From positions 1 through 56,037 of the IMG/VR virus record IMGVR_UViG_3300024998_000001: a DNA stretch of 56,037 bases. The stretch is one strand, 5' to 3'. Within the stretch, counting starts at the first letter, position 1, and every line of letters begins with the position of its first letter. The notes below the pieces were generated by a model. The model saw only the letters and a program-made list of their open reading frames with translations. It was not told the DNA's origin and did no database searches. A program made the position numbers and the translations under genes. This document shows, piece after piece, positions 17,027 to 25,995 of the stretch. The stretch comes from a virus (lineage: Duplodnaviria > Caudoviricetes).

Positions 17027-17689
17027 CTACATCCGCCGAGCGTGCCAGACCGCGCGCCCGATGATAATCGTTTCTGACGCGGGGACCTTGTACGAGCCAT
17101 GCAGGGGATTGTCCGAAATTCTATGCAACTTCAGCGGCTTACTATTGGGTACGATTTCCAGCCTCTTGATGACCGTCCCGTCCCCATCCCATAGGACAAA
17201 GATGCCCGGCTGACTCACGCGCTTATCGGCGAGATTGACCAGCACGCGATCACCGCTACGGAGCGTTGGCTCCATGCTGTCTCCCTGAACCTCAACGATC
17301 ACGAGCTGAGAGGTTGAGAGCCGAAGCTGGTTTTCTATATAAGAACGCGAAAACGGCCAAACATCCCGTTTCGTCTCTTCGGTCACCACAAATCCCCCTC
17401 CCGCGGCAACCCGGACGTCATATTCGGGAATGTAGACCATCCCGACGCCAACCTGGCCGTTGGTCTTGTCTCGATCTCCGTGCTTGCCAGTAAGAAGCCA
17501 TACCGGATCAACGTCGAGGGCTTCGCAGAGCGGCTCGATCTTGTCCATGGTAGGCGCAGATGTGCCAGCCTCCCATTGCCCGACTGCCGCTCGCGTAACG
17601 CCGCAGGCTGCGCCTAGCGCTTCCTGCACCACGCCTCGCAGCTCCCGCGCCGCCTTGATGCGCTTGGATAATCCGCTCTGTCCGCTCAT
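17027..17689 (-). CDS. cI: CI-like repressor (XRE HTH + S24 autopeptidase)
   Basis: HTH QEALGAACGVTRAAVGQWE, cleavage-site AAGGG, catalytic GDSMEP and IKRL. Confidence 0.93.
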   Translation of the reverse strand: MSGQSGLSKRIKAARELRGVVQEALGAACGVTRAAVGQWEAGTSAPTMDKIEPLCEALDVDPVWLLTGKHGDRDKTNGQVGVGMVYIPEYDVRVAAGGGFVVTEETKRDVWPFSRSYIENQLRLSTSQLVIVEVQGDSMEPTLRSGDRVLVNLADKRVSQPGIFVLWDGDGTVIKRLEIVPNSKPLKLHRISDNPLHGSYKVPASETIIIGRAVWHARRM

Positions 17690-17725
17690 GGGCGCAATGT
17701 GGCAAGCGGCCAGTCAGCCGTCAGC

Positions 17726-17765
17726 GTAAGAATAGCTTGACACATAGGTAAGTCATTCTTACGTT
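17726..17765 (+). promoter_or_regulatory. PR-like promoter with two repressor operators
   Basis: TTGACA(17737)-17-TACGTT(17760). Operators GTAAG-aatag-CTTGA and GTAAG-tcatt-CTTAC start 22 bp apart. The cro ATG is 7 nt after the -10, so the mRNA is likely leaderless. Confidence 0.85.
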
Positions 17766-17771
17766 CCGGAT

Positions 17772-18038
17772 ATGCGTGATCCGGCTCTCCAGCGAGCAAT
17801 AGATGCCATGGGCAATCGCAACGGGAATCTTGCGGCCTTGGCGGAAAAACTCGCCATTTCTCCCCAGGCGCTCTCTCAGTGGCAGCGCGTGCCCTCGGCC
17901 CGTGTGCTTGAAGTGGAACGCATTACCGGCGTTTCGCGTCACGAGCTTCGTCCTGATCTGTATCCGGTGGACGACTTGCCTGATGCGAAAGACGTCGCCG
18001 ATTTGACCTCTGCGCAATCTGAAGGCGCGCCGGCATGA
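17772..18038 (+). CDS. cro: Cro-like (YdaS-type) regulator
   Basis: ALAEKLAISPQALSQW.RVP..RVLEVE..TGVSRHELRPDLY; divergent from cI. Confidence 0.9.
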   Translation: MRDPALQRAIDAMGNRNGNLAALAEKLAISPQALSQWQRVPSARVLEVERITGVSRHELRPDLYPVDDLPDAKDVADLTSAQSEGAPA

Positions 18039-18116
18039 AGATGCCGCGGCGCTCCACCATTCCTCTCGCATTGCTCTCTGAGAAGGGCATTGAACCTGTC
18101 ATTTCGGAGCAAGCGT

Positions 18117-18365
18117 TCACGCGTGCCCCTGAGGACGCGGCATATACGGCATCTCCGCTGTTTTCAGTAAATCCTCGGCAAGTTCGCGTGCTCGATTTCG
18201 GGTCAAGGAAATCTGCACCAGAGATCGCTCAGACGTATTCAGTGCCTCTGGGCTTGGTACGAGCGTCAGGAAAATCGCTATCGCGCCGTCCGGCAGGGTT
18301 GCCAACTGATATTCGTCAAGGGGGAACAGAATGACGTTCCCGTCTTTGTCGAGCTTCAAAGTCAT
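18117..18365 (-). CDS. Hypothetical protein (counter-oriented moron)
   Basis: MTLKLDKDGNVILFPL... with aaagg RBS; fills the gap after cro. Confidence 0.5.
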   Translation of the reverse strand: MTLKLDKDGNVILFPLDEYQLATLPDGAIAIFLTLVPSPEALNTSERSLVQISLTRNRARELAEDLLKTAEMPYMPRPQGHA

Positions 18366-18458
18366 TGTCTGCCTTTCACTTGAGTCGTCCAACCCAAGTG
18401 TATCTGCGACGGGAGGTGCCATTACAGGTGCCTCCCTGACCGGATCGAGGCGGCGGGC

Positions 18459-18752
18459 ATGATCGTTATGTCCGCCGTGTCGAACCAGGCAGCAGCTTCA
18501 AGGCTGTCGATCGTTACCGAAACATCTCCATTTGGCGCTGCTTTAGGCGCAATCAACGAGATTTTCGCGAGGGCTTCTTCCGGCGATGCGTCGGCGCGCA
18601 AGATTGCCAAGCGCGTCCGTTCCTTGCTGTTGGCGGGGAAGGCGCACGACATGGTTGTCGATATCCGTCCTGATCGCGACACGCTGCGGTTCACTCTCCA
18701 TCCCTCGCCCGATCTGAAATCGCTTCTCGGCAGGGGAGGGCTGTCATGCTGA
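18459..18752 (+). CDS. Hypothetical protein
   Basis: gagg RBS; overlaps the next gene. Confidence 0.5.
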   Translation: MIVMSAVSNQAAASRLSIVTETSPFGAALGAINEIFARASSGDASARKIAKRVRSLLLAGKAHDMVVDIRPDRDTLRFTLHPSPDLKSLLGRGGLSC

Positions 18753-19099
18753 CACCGCGACAAGCCGAACTTCTCAGCTTCCTGACGCGCTACAGCGCGA
18801 AGCATGGCGTCATGCCCAGCTACGACGAGATCGCGGAGGCACTGAATCTCCGATCCAAATCCGGCGTTCACCGCATGGTCGAATGTCTCATTGATCGCGG
18901 CTATCTGCGCCGCATGCCAAAGCGCGCCCGCGCGCTGGAGATTATTCGTCATCCGAGCCACCTGCGGTGCCCGCATTGTGGTGAGGGCATTCATCTCGAA
19001 ACTCTGGCGATCCCCCACGGCCAGAGCGCCCGCGACGGTCTCTCAGCCCTACGCCCCGGAGCATCCGTCGCGGGCATAAATTCCACGGTGTCGCCATGA
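18746..19099 (+). CDS. LexA-type DNA-binding-domain protein without peptidase domain
   Basis: MLTPRQAELL.FL......G.MPSYDEIAEAL.L.SKSGVHRMV..L.DRGYLRR....ARALEI, followed by CPHC. Confidence 0.85.
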   Translation: MLTPRQAELLSFLTRYSAKHGVMPSYDEIAEALNLRSKSGVHRMVECLIDRGYLRRMPKRARALEIIRHPSHLRCPHCGEGIHLETLAIPHGQSARDGLSALRPGASVAGINSTVSP

Positions 19100-19629
19100 A
19101 CGCGACCCTTTCAAAAAGCCGCCCGGCCGATACGCAGCCGGGCGCAGTTGCCGGACAGGACCGCGCAGCACAAGCGCGGCCCAATTACGGTGCTATGGCC
19201 CGGGGCCGGACGCCATTGACCGCGAGGGGTACGAAATTCGAAGGGGGTTCGAAATTCGAGCCAACAACCGAAAAACGGGTTGCGGAAGACCTTTCGATTG
19301 CGCTCGCCGAATATTCGGTTGGGCAGATTGCGCAAGCCGCGCAATGCACCAAAGACGCTGCAAAATCATGGAAGAAGGGACGCCGCGCGCCGCGCAGTTC
19401 GCACCTTCTCAACATGGCTGCGCTGCTTCCCCGAATTGCGGATTACGTGGAGAAGACCGCTGGCGTCCGGCTTACACCGCCAAGCGCATCAATCATCGAT
19501 CAAAAATCCATCGCGGCCTTTATCGGAATCATGCAGGTCGCCGCGCAGATGCCTGGCGCAGATGGCGCACAGGCGCGAGCTGCGCTTACCGCAATCGGGC
19601 ATAAGGAGGATCAGGATGGCGATCAGTAA
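19096..19629 (+). CDS. HTH regulator (CII-like position)
   Basis: QIAQAAQCTKDAAKSWKKGRRAP resembles an HTH. Confidence 0.55.
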   Translation: MNATLSKSRPADTQPGAVAGQDRAAQARPNYGAMARGRTPLTARGTKFEGGSKFEPTTEKRVAEDLSIALAEYSVGQIAQAAQCTKDAAKSWKKGRRAPRSSHLLNMAALLPRIADYVEKTAGVRLTPPSASIIDQKSIAAFIGIMQVAAQMPGADGAQARAALTAIGHKEDQDGDQ

Positions 19630-19978
19630 TGAGCGTCTGGATCAGGCATTCGACCTTTTGGTTGAAACCGCGTTGAAGAACGAGCGGTGCCCGCAGAACC
19701 ACACCTATTTGATTGACAGCACTACAATTGGAACTCTGGCGCGCCTTGGCAAAATTCGCGTCGATATTTCCGGGCATAATTGGCGGCGCGTCATAATTCT
19801 GACCGGACCGCACAAAGGGCAAGCGACGGCGCCCGATCCAACTGGCGCCCATGTGTGGAAAGTCGTCGGCAAAGACACCCGCATCAACGGAAAGGTGTTT
19901 GTCCGGCGAGCGAAGGGATATGCCCAACCATCAGTCCCGCGCGACTATTCCCGCGACATCATTGGCGGCGCATCATGA
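19616..19978 (+). CDS. Hypothetical protein
   Basis: aaggagg RBS; coupled to neighbours. Confidence 0.55.
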   Translation: MAISNERLDQAFDLLVETALKNERCPQNHTYLIDSTTIGTLARLGKIRVDISGHNWRRVIILTGPHKGQATAPDPTGAHVWKVVGKDTRINGKVFVRRAKGYAQPSVPRDYSRDIIGGAS

Positions 19979-20259
19979 ACGTGCCGCAAAAAAATTTGGC
20001 CGATCCCAACATGGTAAGCGGCCGGTTAATCGGCCTTTCCATGCGCGCAAGTCATGAAGGCGAAGGCGATATGTGCGCCGTCATGACGGAACGGTTTTCG
20101 GATGGCGTCCGCCGCCGCACCTATTTCACGGGCGAACAGGCTGTTCGGGTCTATTCGGCCTACGTCCGCAAGACGCGGGAAATCAAAGCCAGGATCGCAG
20201 CAGAGCGCCAGGTCCCGGCCACACATGCGCGCGCTCAAACCCAGCCACAGGAGAATTGA
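19975..20259 (+). CDS. Hypothetical protein
   Basis: ATGA overlap. Confidence 0.5.
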   Translation: MNVPQKNLADPNMVSGRLIGLSMRASHEGEGDMCAVMTERFSDGVRRRTYFTGEQAVRVYSAYVRKTREIKARIAAERQVPATHARAQTQPQEN

Positions 20260-20260
20260 T

Positions 20261-20956
20261 ATGGCACGAGCCAAGAAATCTGGCACGCGCGCGACACGCG
20301 GGCGGAAGTCAAAGGCCGAAAGCATGACGGGCGCGAAGGAAAACGCGGTCGAAACCCGGCAACCGAAAATGGACCTGAAGATCGCCTCAGGCGAGAAGAT
20401 CGTTCATTACCTCAAAAGTGTTAAGGGCTACAAAGAGAAGCTCACCACAATTCAGGGCCAGTTGCGGAACGTCTACAAAGCCGCCAAGGCCGAAAATGTC
20501 CCCAAGGCCGTCATTGACGAATTGCTGGCGCTGGAGCGCGGAGACGCAGATGCGTTCCGTTCGGAGATGGAAGCGCTGGCGGTTGGGCTCAAGGCAGTCG
20601 GCGCCCTCTTCCAGCTCAATGTCTTCGATACCGTTTATGGCAGTTCTGTCGAATCGGCGGCGGCGAAGGGGCGTCGCGATGGCGAGTCCGGCGCATTCGC
20701 AGATAATCCTTACGCCGAGGGCACGCCCGAAGCTGAAGCTTATGGCGAGGCCTATATGACGGTGCAGGCCAGCCGGGTTCCAGGCATGCAGAACATGCAG
20801 GCCCAAGAAGATGGCGCATCGGAAGCATCCGATCATGGTGACGGCGAACCGTGGCCTGACGACGCGGCCGTGAATGGCGCTGAAGCCGAAGACGACGGGC
20901 TGGATATTCCGGCTTCTCTCGACCGCCGCGCCAACCGCGAACCGGCACACGCCTAA
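20261..20956 (+). CDS. GapR/DUF2312-like DNA-binding protein with acidic C-terminal extension
   Basis: LRNVYKAAKAENVPKAVIDELLALER resembles the GapR core; NPY..GT.E...Y motif; DDGLDIP..LDR tail. Confidence 0.5.
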   Translation: MARAKKSGTRATRGRKSKAESMTGAKENAVETRQPKMDLKIASGEKIVHYLKSVKGYKEKLTTIQGQLRNVYKAAKAENVPKAVIDELLALERGDADAFRSEMEALAVGLKAVGALFQLNVFDTVYGSSVESAAAKGRRDGESGAFADNPYAEGTPEAEAYGEAYMTVQASRVPGMQNMQAQEDGASEASDHGDGEPWPDDAAVNGAEAEDDGLDIPASLDRRANREPAHA

Positions 20957-20973
20957 TCCACTTCGGGGGCTGA

Positions 20974-21495
20974 GTGATGCTCATTGCGCTGGACGCCAGC
21001 ACGGTAAAGACCGGCTTTGCCTTTGGGGGGCCTGATGATGGTGCCCCCAAAGGCGGCGTCTGGCGCGGGCTGGGTGCGGACGAGATGGTGTTTGACCGCA
21101 CCCTTGCCGGGTATTCGGAATCCCTCAGCCTTCTTATCCGCGCCACCAAAGCAAAACGGGTGCTGATCGAAGCCCCCATGATGATTTCAGATCGCAGCGC
21201 ACACACCGCGATGGCGCTGATCCAACTGACCGGGGCACTCCGGGCATCTGCCCACCGGGCGGGCACCATTGTCTCGCTCGTGGCCGTTCAGACCGTTCGG
21301 AAGCATTTCGTCGGCAATGGCCGGCCGGAATATCCCAAGCGCGCCGTGCAGGACCGCTGCAAACAATTGGGATGGGGAGTTGAAGACGATAACGCTGCCG
21401 ATGCGGCAGCCCTCTGGAGTTACGGGATGAGCCTCTACTACCCATCATGGGCTCCCCGCGCCACGCCACTCTTTGCAGAGAGGCGGACGGCATGA
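20974..21495 (+). CDS. RuvC-like Holliday junction resolvase
   Basis: LIALDAS...TGFA, VLIEAP, VRKHF.G.G...K, DDNAADA. Confidence 0.8.
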   Translation: MMLIALDASTVKTGFAFGGPDDGAPKGGVWRGLGADEMVFDRTLAGYSESLSLLIRATKAKRVLIEAPMMISDRSAHTAMALIQLTGALRASAHRAGTIVSLVAVQTVRKHFVGNGRPEYPKRAVQDRCKQLGWGVEDDNAADAAALWSYGMSLYYPSWAPRATPLFAERRTA

Positions 21496-21752
21496 AGCCT
21501 GGCACGCATCTTTCCAAAGAAACCGCTGCCATTGTAACGGCTCGTCTCGAAGCAGGCGATGACCCGCGTGAAATAGCGCGCGACACAGGATGCAATCAGG
21601 ATACGATTTACCGCAGACGCAGGGCGATGCGCGGCGGCGATCCATATAAACAATCGCCTGTAACAAAACCGACGCCCGATCCCAAGCCAGAACCATCGGA
21701 ACCGAACTGTATTCCTTCCGTGCGGGATAAATTGATGCGGGGACGGGCATGA
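21492..21752 (+). CDS. Small HTH protein
   Basis: REIARDTGCNQDTIYRR. Confidence 0.55.
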   Translation: MKPGTHLSKETAAIVTARLEAGDDPREIARDTGCNQDTIYRRRRAMRGGDPYKQSPVTKPTPDPKPEPSEPNCIPSVRDKLMRGRA

Positions 21753-22321
21753 CGGTCGTGGCTTCAAACTATGCTCGCGCGGCCAATGACCTCTATCAAA
21801 CAGAGATTTGGGCCACCGAAGCTTTGCTGCGGCATTTTCCCGTGACCGGAAAGACCGTCTGGGAGGCTGCAGCCGGTAATCATCTGATGGCCGATGTGCT
21901 GCGCGAGAATGGTGCAAGCGTCATCACCAGCGACATAGCGACATATGACAGACGCCATGACGCACATATTGATTTTCTGGAAAAACACTTCTCTTACAAG
22001 ATCCCGAAGCACGATGCGATCATCACCAATCCGCCTTATGGCAAAGGTAATCGGGATGCGGTGAAATTCGCCAGCCTCGCTCTGGAACGGTGCGATGGCA
22101 TGGTCGCTCTGTTGCTGACAGCGAAATTCGATTTCGGGAAAACCCGGACATCTTTATTCCGCGATAATCCGCGGTTCGCCGCCAAGATCGCGTTGATCGA
22201 CCGCATTCAATGGTTTCCCGGCGATACCACAGGCACAGAAGATCATGCCTGGTACATATGGCGGCCGAAGTCTGAACTTCTGGCGCCTCCTGTCATGCTT
22301 TGGGAAGGGCGGCCCGCATGA
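21749..22321 (+). CDS. Amino (probably N6-adenine) DNA methyltransferase
   Basis: DLYQT, VWEAAAG.. SAM-binding motif, SDI, DFL and IITNPPY. Confidence 0.85.
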   Translation: MTVVASNYARAANDLYQTEIWATEALLRHFPVTGKTVWEAAAGNHLMADVLRENGASVITSDIATYDRRHDAHIDFLEKHFSYKIPKHDAIITNPPYGKGNRDAVKFASLALERCDGMVALLLTAKFDFGKTRTSLFRDNPRFAAKIALIDRIQWFPGDTTGTEDHAWYIWRPKSELLAPPVMLWEGRPA

Positions 22322-22524
22322 GCGCGTCTCGCAAAGGCCTGAAGCGCGTCGGTTTTCGCCCGTATCTGGTCGAAGGCCAGAAAGGAACGCTGGCGATAGA
22401 TAGAGATTCTAATCGGCGCTGGTTTGTCCTTCCGCCTGACTGGCCGCGGAACGGCTTCTTCGCATTCCAATTTCCACGCCTTCGCGATGCGCGGGCCTAT
22501 GCCGAGGGGAGGGTCTGCCGATGA
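22318..22524 (+). CDS. Hypothetical protein
   Basis: ATGA coupling. Confidence 0.45.
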   Translation: MSASRKGLKRVGFRPYLVEGQKGTLAIDRDSNRRWFVLPPDWPRNGFFAFQFPRLRDARAYAEGRVCR

Positions 22525-22751
22525 AATGCGAATTGTACCTCGTTGAACAGATGACCGCGGAGCAATGGAGCGAGACGTGGCCCGAATTGCGCCGATACAT
22601 CGTGGACGCCCCAAGCATGATCCTTCAACAGAGTTTGGAACGTAAGCACTTCGATCCTGACCAGATGGACTTGATGGACCGCGCACGCCGGCGGCGAGCA
22701 AAGGCCGAACTTGAAATGGAACGGCGGATTTCGAGGGGAGACGCTGCATGA
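22521..22751 (+). CDS. Hypothetical protein
   Basis: ATGA coupling. Confidence 0.5.
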   Translation: MKCELYLVEQMTAEQWSETWPELRRYIVDAPSMILQQSLERKHFDPDQMDLMDRARRRRAKAELEMERRISRGDAA

Positions 22752-22939
22752 AACTCCGGTGGCGCACACATCCTCGCATCGCCCGTGCACAGCTCGAATG
22801 CTGGCAGAGCGAAAAGCAGCTTTGGCTGTTTGAGCGTATCGCTGTTCTGGTCCGGCTTGCCGATAGGTATGGCCTCGAACGTGCGCGCATCGCCAGGGTG
22901 CTCAAAACAATGGCGCAAGCGATGGAGAAGAGGCTTTGA
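22748..22939 (+). CDS. Hypothetical protein
   Basis: ATGA coupling. Confidence 0.45.
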   Translation: MKLRWRTHPRIARAQLECWQSEKQLWLFERIAVLVRLADRYGLERARIARVLKTMAQAMEKRL

Positions 22940-24384
22940 ACGCAGAAGTTCCGATCCATGCCCGCATCGAATACCGCCCGTTGCCCTTTGATATAGAGGC
23001 TGAGCAGGCTCTGCTGGGCACGCTTATCCGCGACCCCCGGAAATACTGGCAAGTTGCCGATAGGAATATGCTGGCTACGGAACACTTCTACGATGCCCTT
23101 CACCAGCGTCTGTTCGCAGCCATTGCCACCGTAGTTCCGCGCGATGAAACCATCTCCACGGTGAGCCTCAATTCCGCGATGCGCGGCGATAAGGGATTGG
23201 AGGAAGTCGGCGGGATCGAATATCTGGAGGGTCTCGCGTTCTCATCTCCGGCCGGGCTCAACGTCAAAGCCACGGCCAAGATTATCCGGGATATTGCCAC
23301 CCGGCGCACGCTTCTGAAGCTTGGCGAAGACATGGCCGATGCCTGTATGGGTGAGGGCGCCGAGATTGATCCCGACACACTGGCCGACCGATTTGGCGAA
23401 CAGATTTACGACGCCACGCACAAGGAAGAAGCCGGGAAGGGGCCGCAGGACATTTATCAGGTCGCGTTGCGTGCGGCCGAACTTGCCGATGCAGCCCGGC
23501 GCAATCCCGACAAGGCCAAAATCTCCACCGGCATCCGGTGTGTGGATACTGCGCTTGGAGGCATCTTCCCAAAAGATTTGACGGTATTGGGGGCAGCACC
23601 AAACCTCGGCAAATCGGGCCTTGTTGCTCAGATCGCGCTTTCGGCGGCTTCTGCGGGTCACGCCACCATGTTCTTCAGCCTCGAAATGGCGGCGGAAGAA
23701 CTCGGTATGCGCTTCATCGCCAAGGAGGTGGGAGTCCCCTCCAACCGGCTCACCGAGGGCCGAACCAGCGAAGCTGATGTGACCAGAGCGTTCGAAGTCG
23801 CGCCAGCCATGGCCGAACTTCCGCTACGGATCGACGATACATCTTATCTCACCACGGCCCAGATGCGGGCCCGGTGTCAGGCTATGCGCCGACGCCAAGG
23901 TGGGTTGAGCCTCGTCATCATCGACCACCTGCGATTCATTCGTTCCGAAGACCGCCGTGCCGATTTCACCGAACAGATGCAGCAGATCACCCGGGATCTG
24001 AAAGCGCTCGCCAAGGAAATGGAGGTAGGCGTCCTCTTGGTTGCCCATCTCAACCGGGAATTCTGGAAGCGGAACGATCACCGGCCAATCCTCTCCGACC
24101 TCTATGGCGCTAGCGCGATCGAGCAGAATGCGGACCACATCTGGTTTCTCCACCGCGAAGAATATTTCCTCGAACGCAGCGTGCCGCCCGAGACCGACCA
24201 GAAAGCCTACGGTCAATGGCAGGAAGCCTGTGAGCGCGCTCGCGGCTGGGCCGAACTGTTCGGCGCCAAGCGCCGGGGCGGCCCGTTGGGCAGCGCCAAA
24301 CTGAAATTCGATGCGCCTTTTGTCCGGTTCTCAGATCCGGACGATGGCCAGCCCACCACTTCGGCACAGGAGATGATGCTTTGA
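22936..24384 (+). CDS. dnaB: DnaB-like replicative helicase
   Basis: P.DIEAEQALLG, Walker A AAPNLGKS, FFSLEM, VIIDHL, LKALAKE, RP.LSDL, IEQNAD. Confidence 0.93.
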   Translation: MNAEVPIHARIEYRPLPFDIEAEQALLGTLIRDPRKYWQVADRNMLATEHFYDALHQRLFAAIATVVPRDETISTVSLNSAMRGDKGLEEVGGIEYLEGLAFSSPAGLNVKATAKIIRDIATRRTLLKLGEDMADACMGEGAEIDPDTLADRFGEQIYDATHKEEAGKGPQDIYQVALRAAELADAARRNPDKAKISTGIRCVDTALGGIFPKDLTVLGAAPNLGKSGLVAQIALSAASAGHATMFFSLEMAAEELGMRFIAKEVGVPSNRLTEGRTSEADVTRAFEVAPAMAELPLRIDDTSYLTTAQMRARCQAMRRRQGGLSLVIIDHLRFIRSEDRRADFTEQMQQITRDLKALAKEMEVGVLLVAHLNREFWKRNDHRPILSDLYGASAIEQNADHIWFLHREEYFLERSVPPETDQKAYGQWQEACERARGWAELFGAKRRGGPLGSAKLKFDAPFVRFSDPDDGQPTTSAQEMML

Positions 24385-24941
24385 GTGGAAGCTATAAAAA
24401 GATTCAGCAAATGGCCGAACAATTGGCGGCCCAAACGAAGACCGATTTTTTCGAGCGTTTTGAATGTCTCGGTTATGACGTTTTTGCGTGGACACCTATC
24501 GAGGAACTCATGGCCTATGGGCTGCTCCACGTCATGCGCAATTACGAATACTATGGGGGGTGCGGCGACAATGATTTTGTCGATACCAGGGATTTTGAAC
24601 GTCTCGATCCGCTCAATTTAGCGTGGGCGCCAAGAACATTCGGCATCAAAATTTTTCCGCAATGGCCTGTCGGACGTTATCGCGCCGATTTTGTTATCTC
24701 CATTAAAGATTCTAGAGGTCCCACTGTTGTCGGTGCCATCGAATGTGATGGCCACAACTTCCATGAAAAGACGAAGGATCAGGCGCAGCGTGACAAAGCG
24801 CGCGACCGATATTTCCAACAGGCTGGAATGATGATCCTGCGTTATTCAGGCAGCGAGATATGGGCTGATCCGGTCAAATGCGCTGTGGAAGCGCTAGGGA
24901 TATTGCATGGTCAGGCGGCCCTGCTCGCGCGGAGGCAATAA
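24381..24941 (+). CDS. DUF559/Vsr-like endonuclease domain protein
   Basis: Q..VGRYRADF, IECDGH.FH, RD.ARD......G..ILRYSGSEI. Confidence 0.85.
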   Translation: MSGSYKKIQQMAEQLAAQTKTDFFERFECLGYDVFAWTPIEELMAYGLLHVMRNYEYYGGCGDNDFVDTRDFERLDPLNLAWAPRTFGIKIFPQWPVGRYRADFVISIKDSRGPTVVGAIECDGHNFHEKTKDQAQRDKARDRYFQQAGMMILRYSGSEIWADPVKCAVEALGILHGQAALLARRQ

Positions 24942-25984
24942 TGTCCAGAATTCGCTCCATCCATCCCGGCCTATTCACCGACGAGAATTATGCCGTCCTC
25001 AGCTTTCCGGCCCGAGAGCTTCTCAAGGGGCTTTGGGTTGAAGCAGATGACAATGGTATTTTCGAATGGAAGCCACTCACATTGAAGATGCGGATATTTC
25101 CAGCCGACAATGTGGAAGTACCGGTTCTCCTTCAGGAACTTGAAACATCATGGGTTCGGCAGTTTGAAGCGGATGGAAAAGTCTATGGCGCGTGCAAGAA
25201 CTTCTGTCAGTTCCAGCGGCCGAAGAAACCGAAGCCGGTTCATCCAGTACCTGAGGAGATCAAGCCATATATAAAGCATGGTTATAAGGCCCGCGGTGCG
25301 GAACAAGAGGATGTTGATGAGGATGAAAAGGGGAATTCCCCTCCCAATAAGCACTCTAATTCGCCCACCGGTACCGAACCGGTTCCCCACCAGTTACCCA
25401 CCGGTGGGGAAATCTCCGGTCAGATGGAGGATGAAGGATGGAAGAGGGAGGATGGAGAAGGAATAAACCTCACTACGTTCGGTCTTGCCCTGAGGGCTGC
25501 AGGAGCAGCCGCTCAAGCGCGAGGTCCTGAAATCATCCGTCTTCCCACAAACCGCTACGAGATCGATGGCGAGGAAGTGCCGATCTTCCAAGCCCAAGGT
25601 CTTGAATTCGAAAAGTTATATCCGAGCGTCGATGTTTCGACCCATCTGCGGAACATGCGCGGCTGGCTGCTCGCAAATCGAGCGAAGCGGAAAACCCGCA
25701 ATGGCATGATGCGATTTGTCAATTCATGGCTCCAGCGTTGCCAGGACAAAGGTGGCGATCCTCATAAAGCCTCGCTATCGGAAATTACTAACCCCGATCC
25801 CAACGCTCGCGCGCCCTGCATTCGGCAGCCCGGCGAGAGCGACGAGCACTACAAGGTTCGCCGCTACGTCGAACGGAAATTCTGGCTATCGACGGACGGG
25901 CCACCTCCAGATGATCCCGATTGCCTGTTTCCCAAGCCGATCCTGGTCGAATTCGGATTTCGTCAACAAAAACAGTATGCGTAG
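24941..25984 (+). CDS. Phage replication initiator-like protein
   Basis: MSRIRSIHP..FTDE....LS..AR.L..GLW..ADD.G.FEW N-terminus; C-terminal W...N..KRKT..G..RF.NSWL. Confidence 0.75.
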   Translation: MSRIRSIHPGLFTDENYAVLSFPARELLKGLWVEADDNGIFEWKPLTLKMRIFPADNVEVPVLLQELETSWVRQFEADGKVYGACKNFCQFQRPKKPKPVHPVPEEIKPYIKHGYKARGAEQEDVDEDEKGNSPPNKHSNSPTGTEPVPHQLPTGGEISGQMEDEGWKREDGEGINLTTFGLALRAAGAAAQARGPEIIRLPTNRYEIDGEEVPIFQAQGLEFEKLYPSVDVSTHLRNMRGWLLANRAKRKTRNGMMRFVNSWLQRCQDKGGDPHKASLSEITNPDPNARAPCIRQPGESDEHYKVRRYVERKFWLSTDGPPPDDPDCLFPKPILVEFGFRQQKQYA

Positions 25985-25995
25985 AGGACAGAAAT

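Noticed and set aside
21749-24941. Methyltransferase plus DUF559 nuclease as a restriction-modification system
   Set aside because: The genes are not adjacent, and both are common stand-alone genes in phage replication regions.
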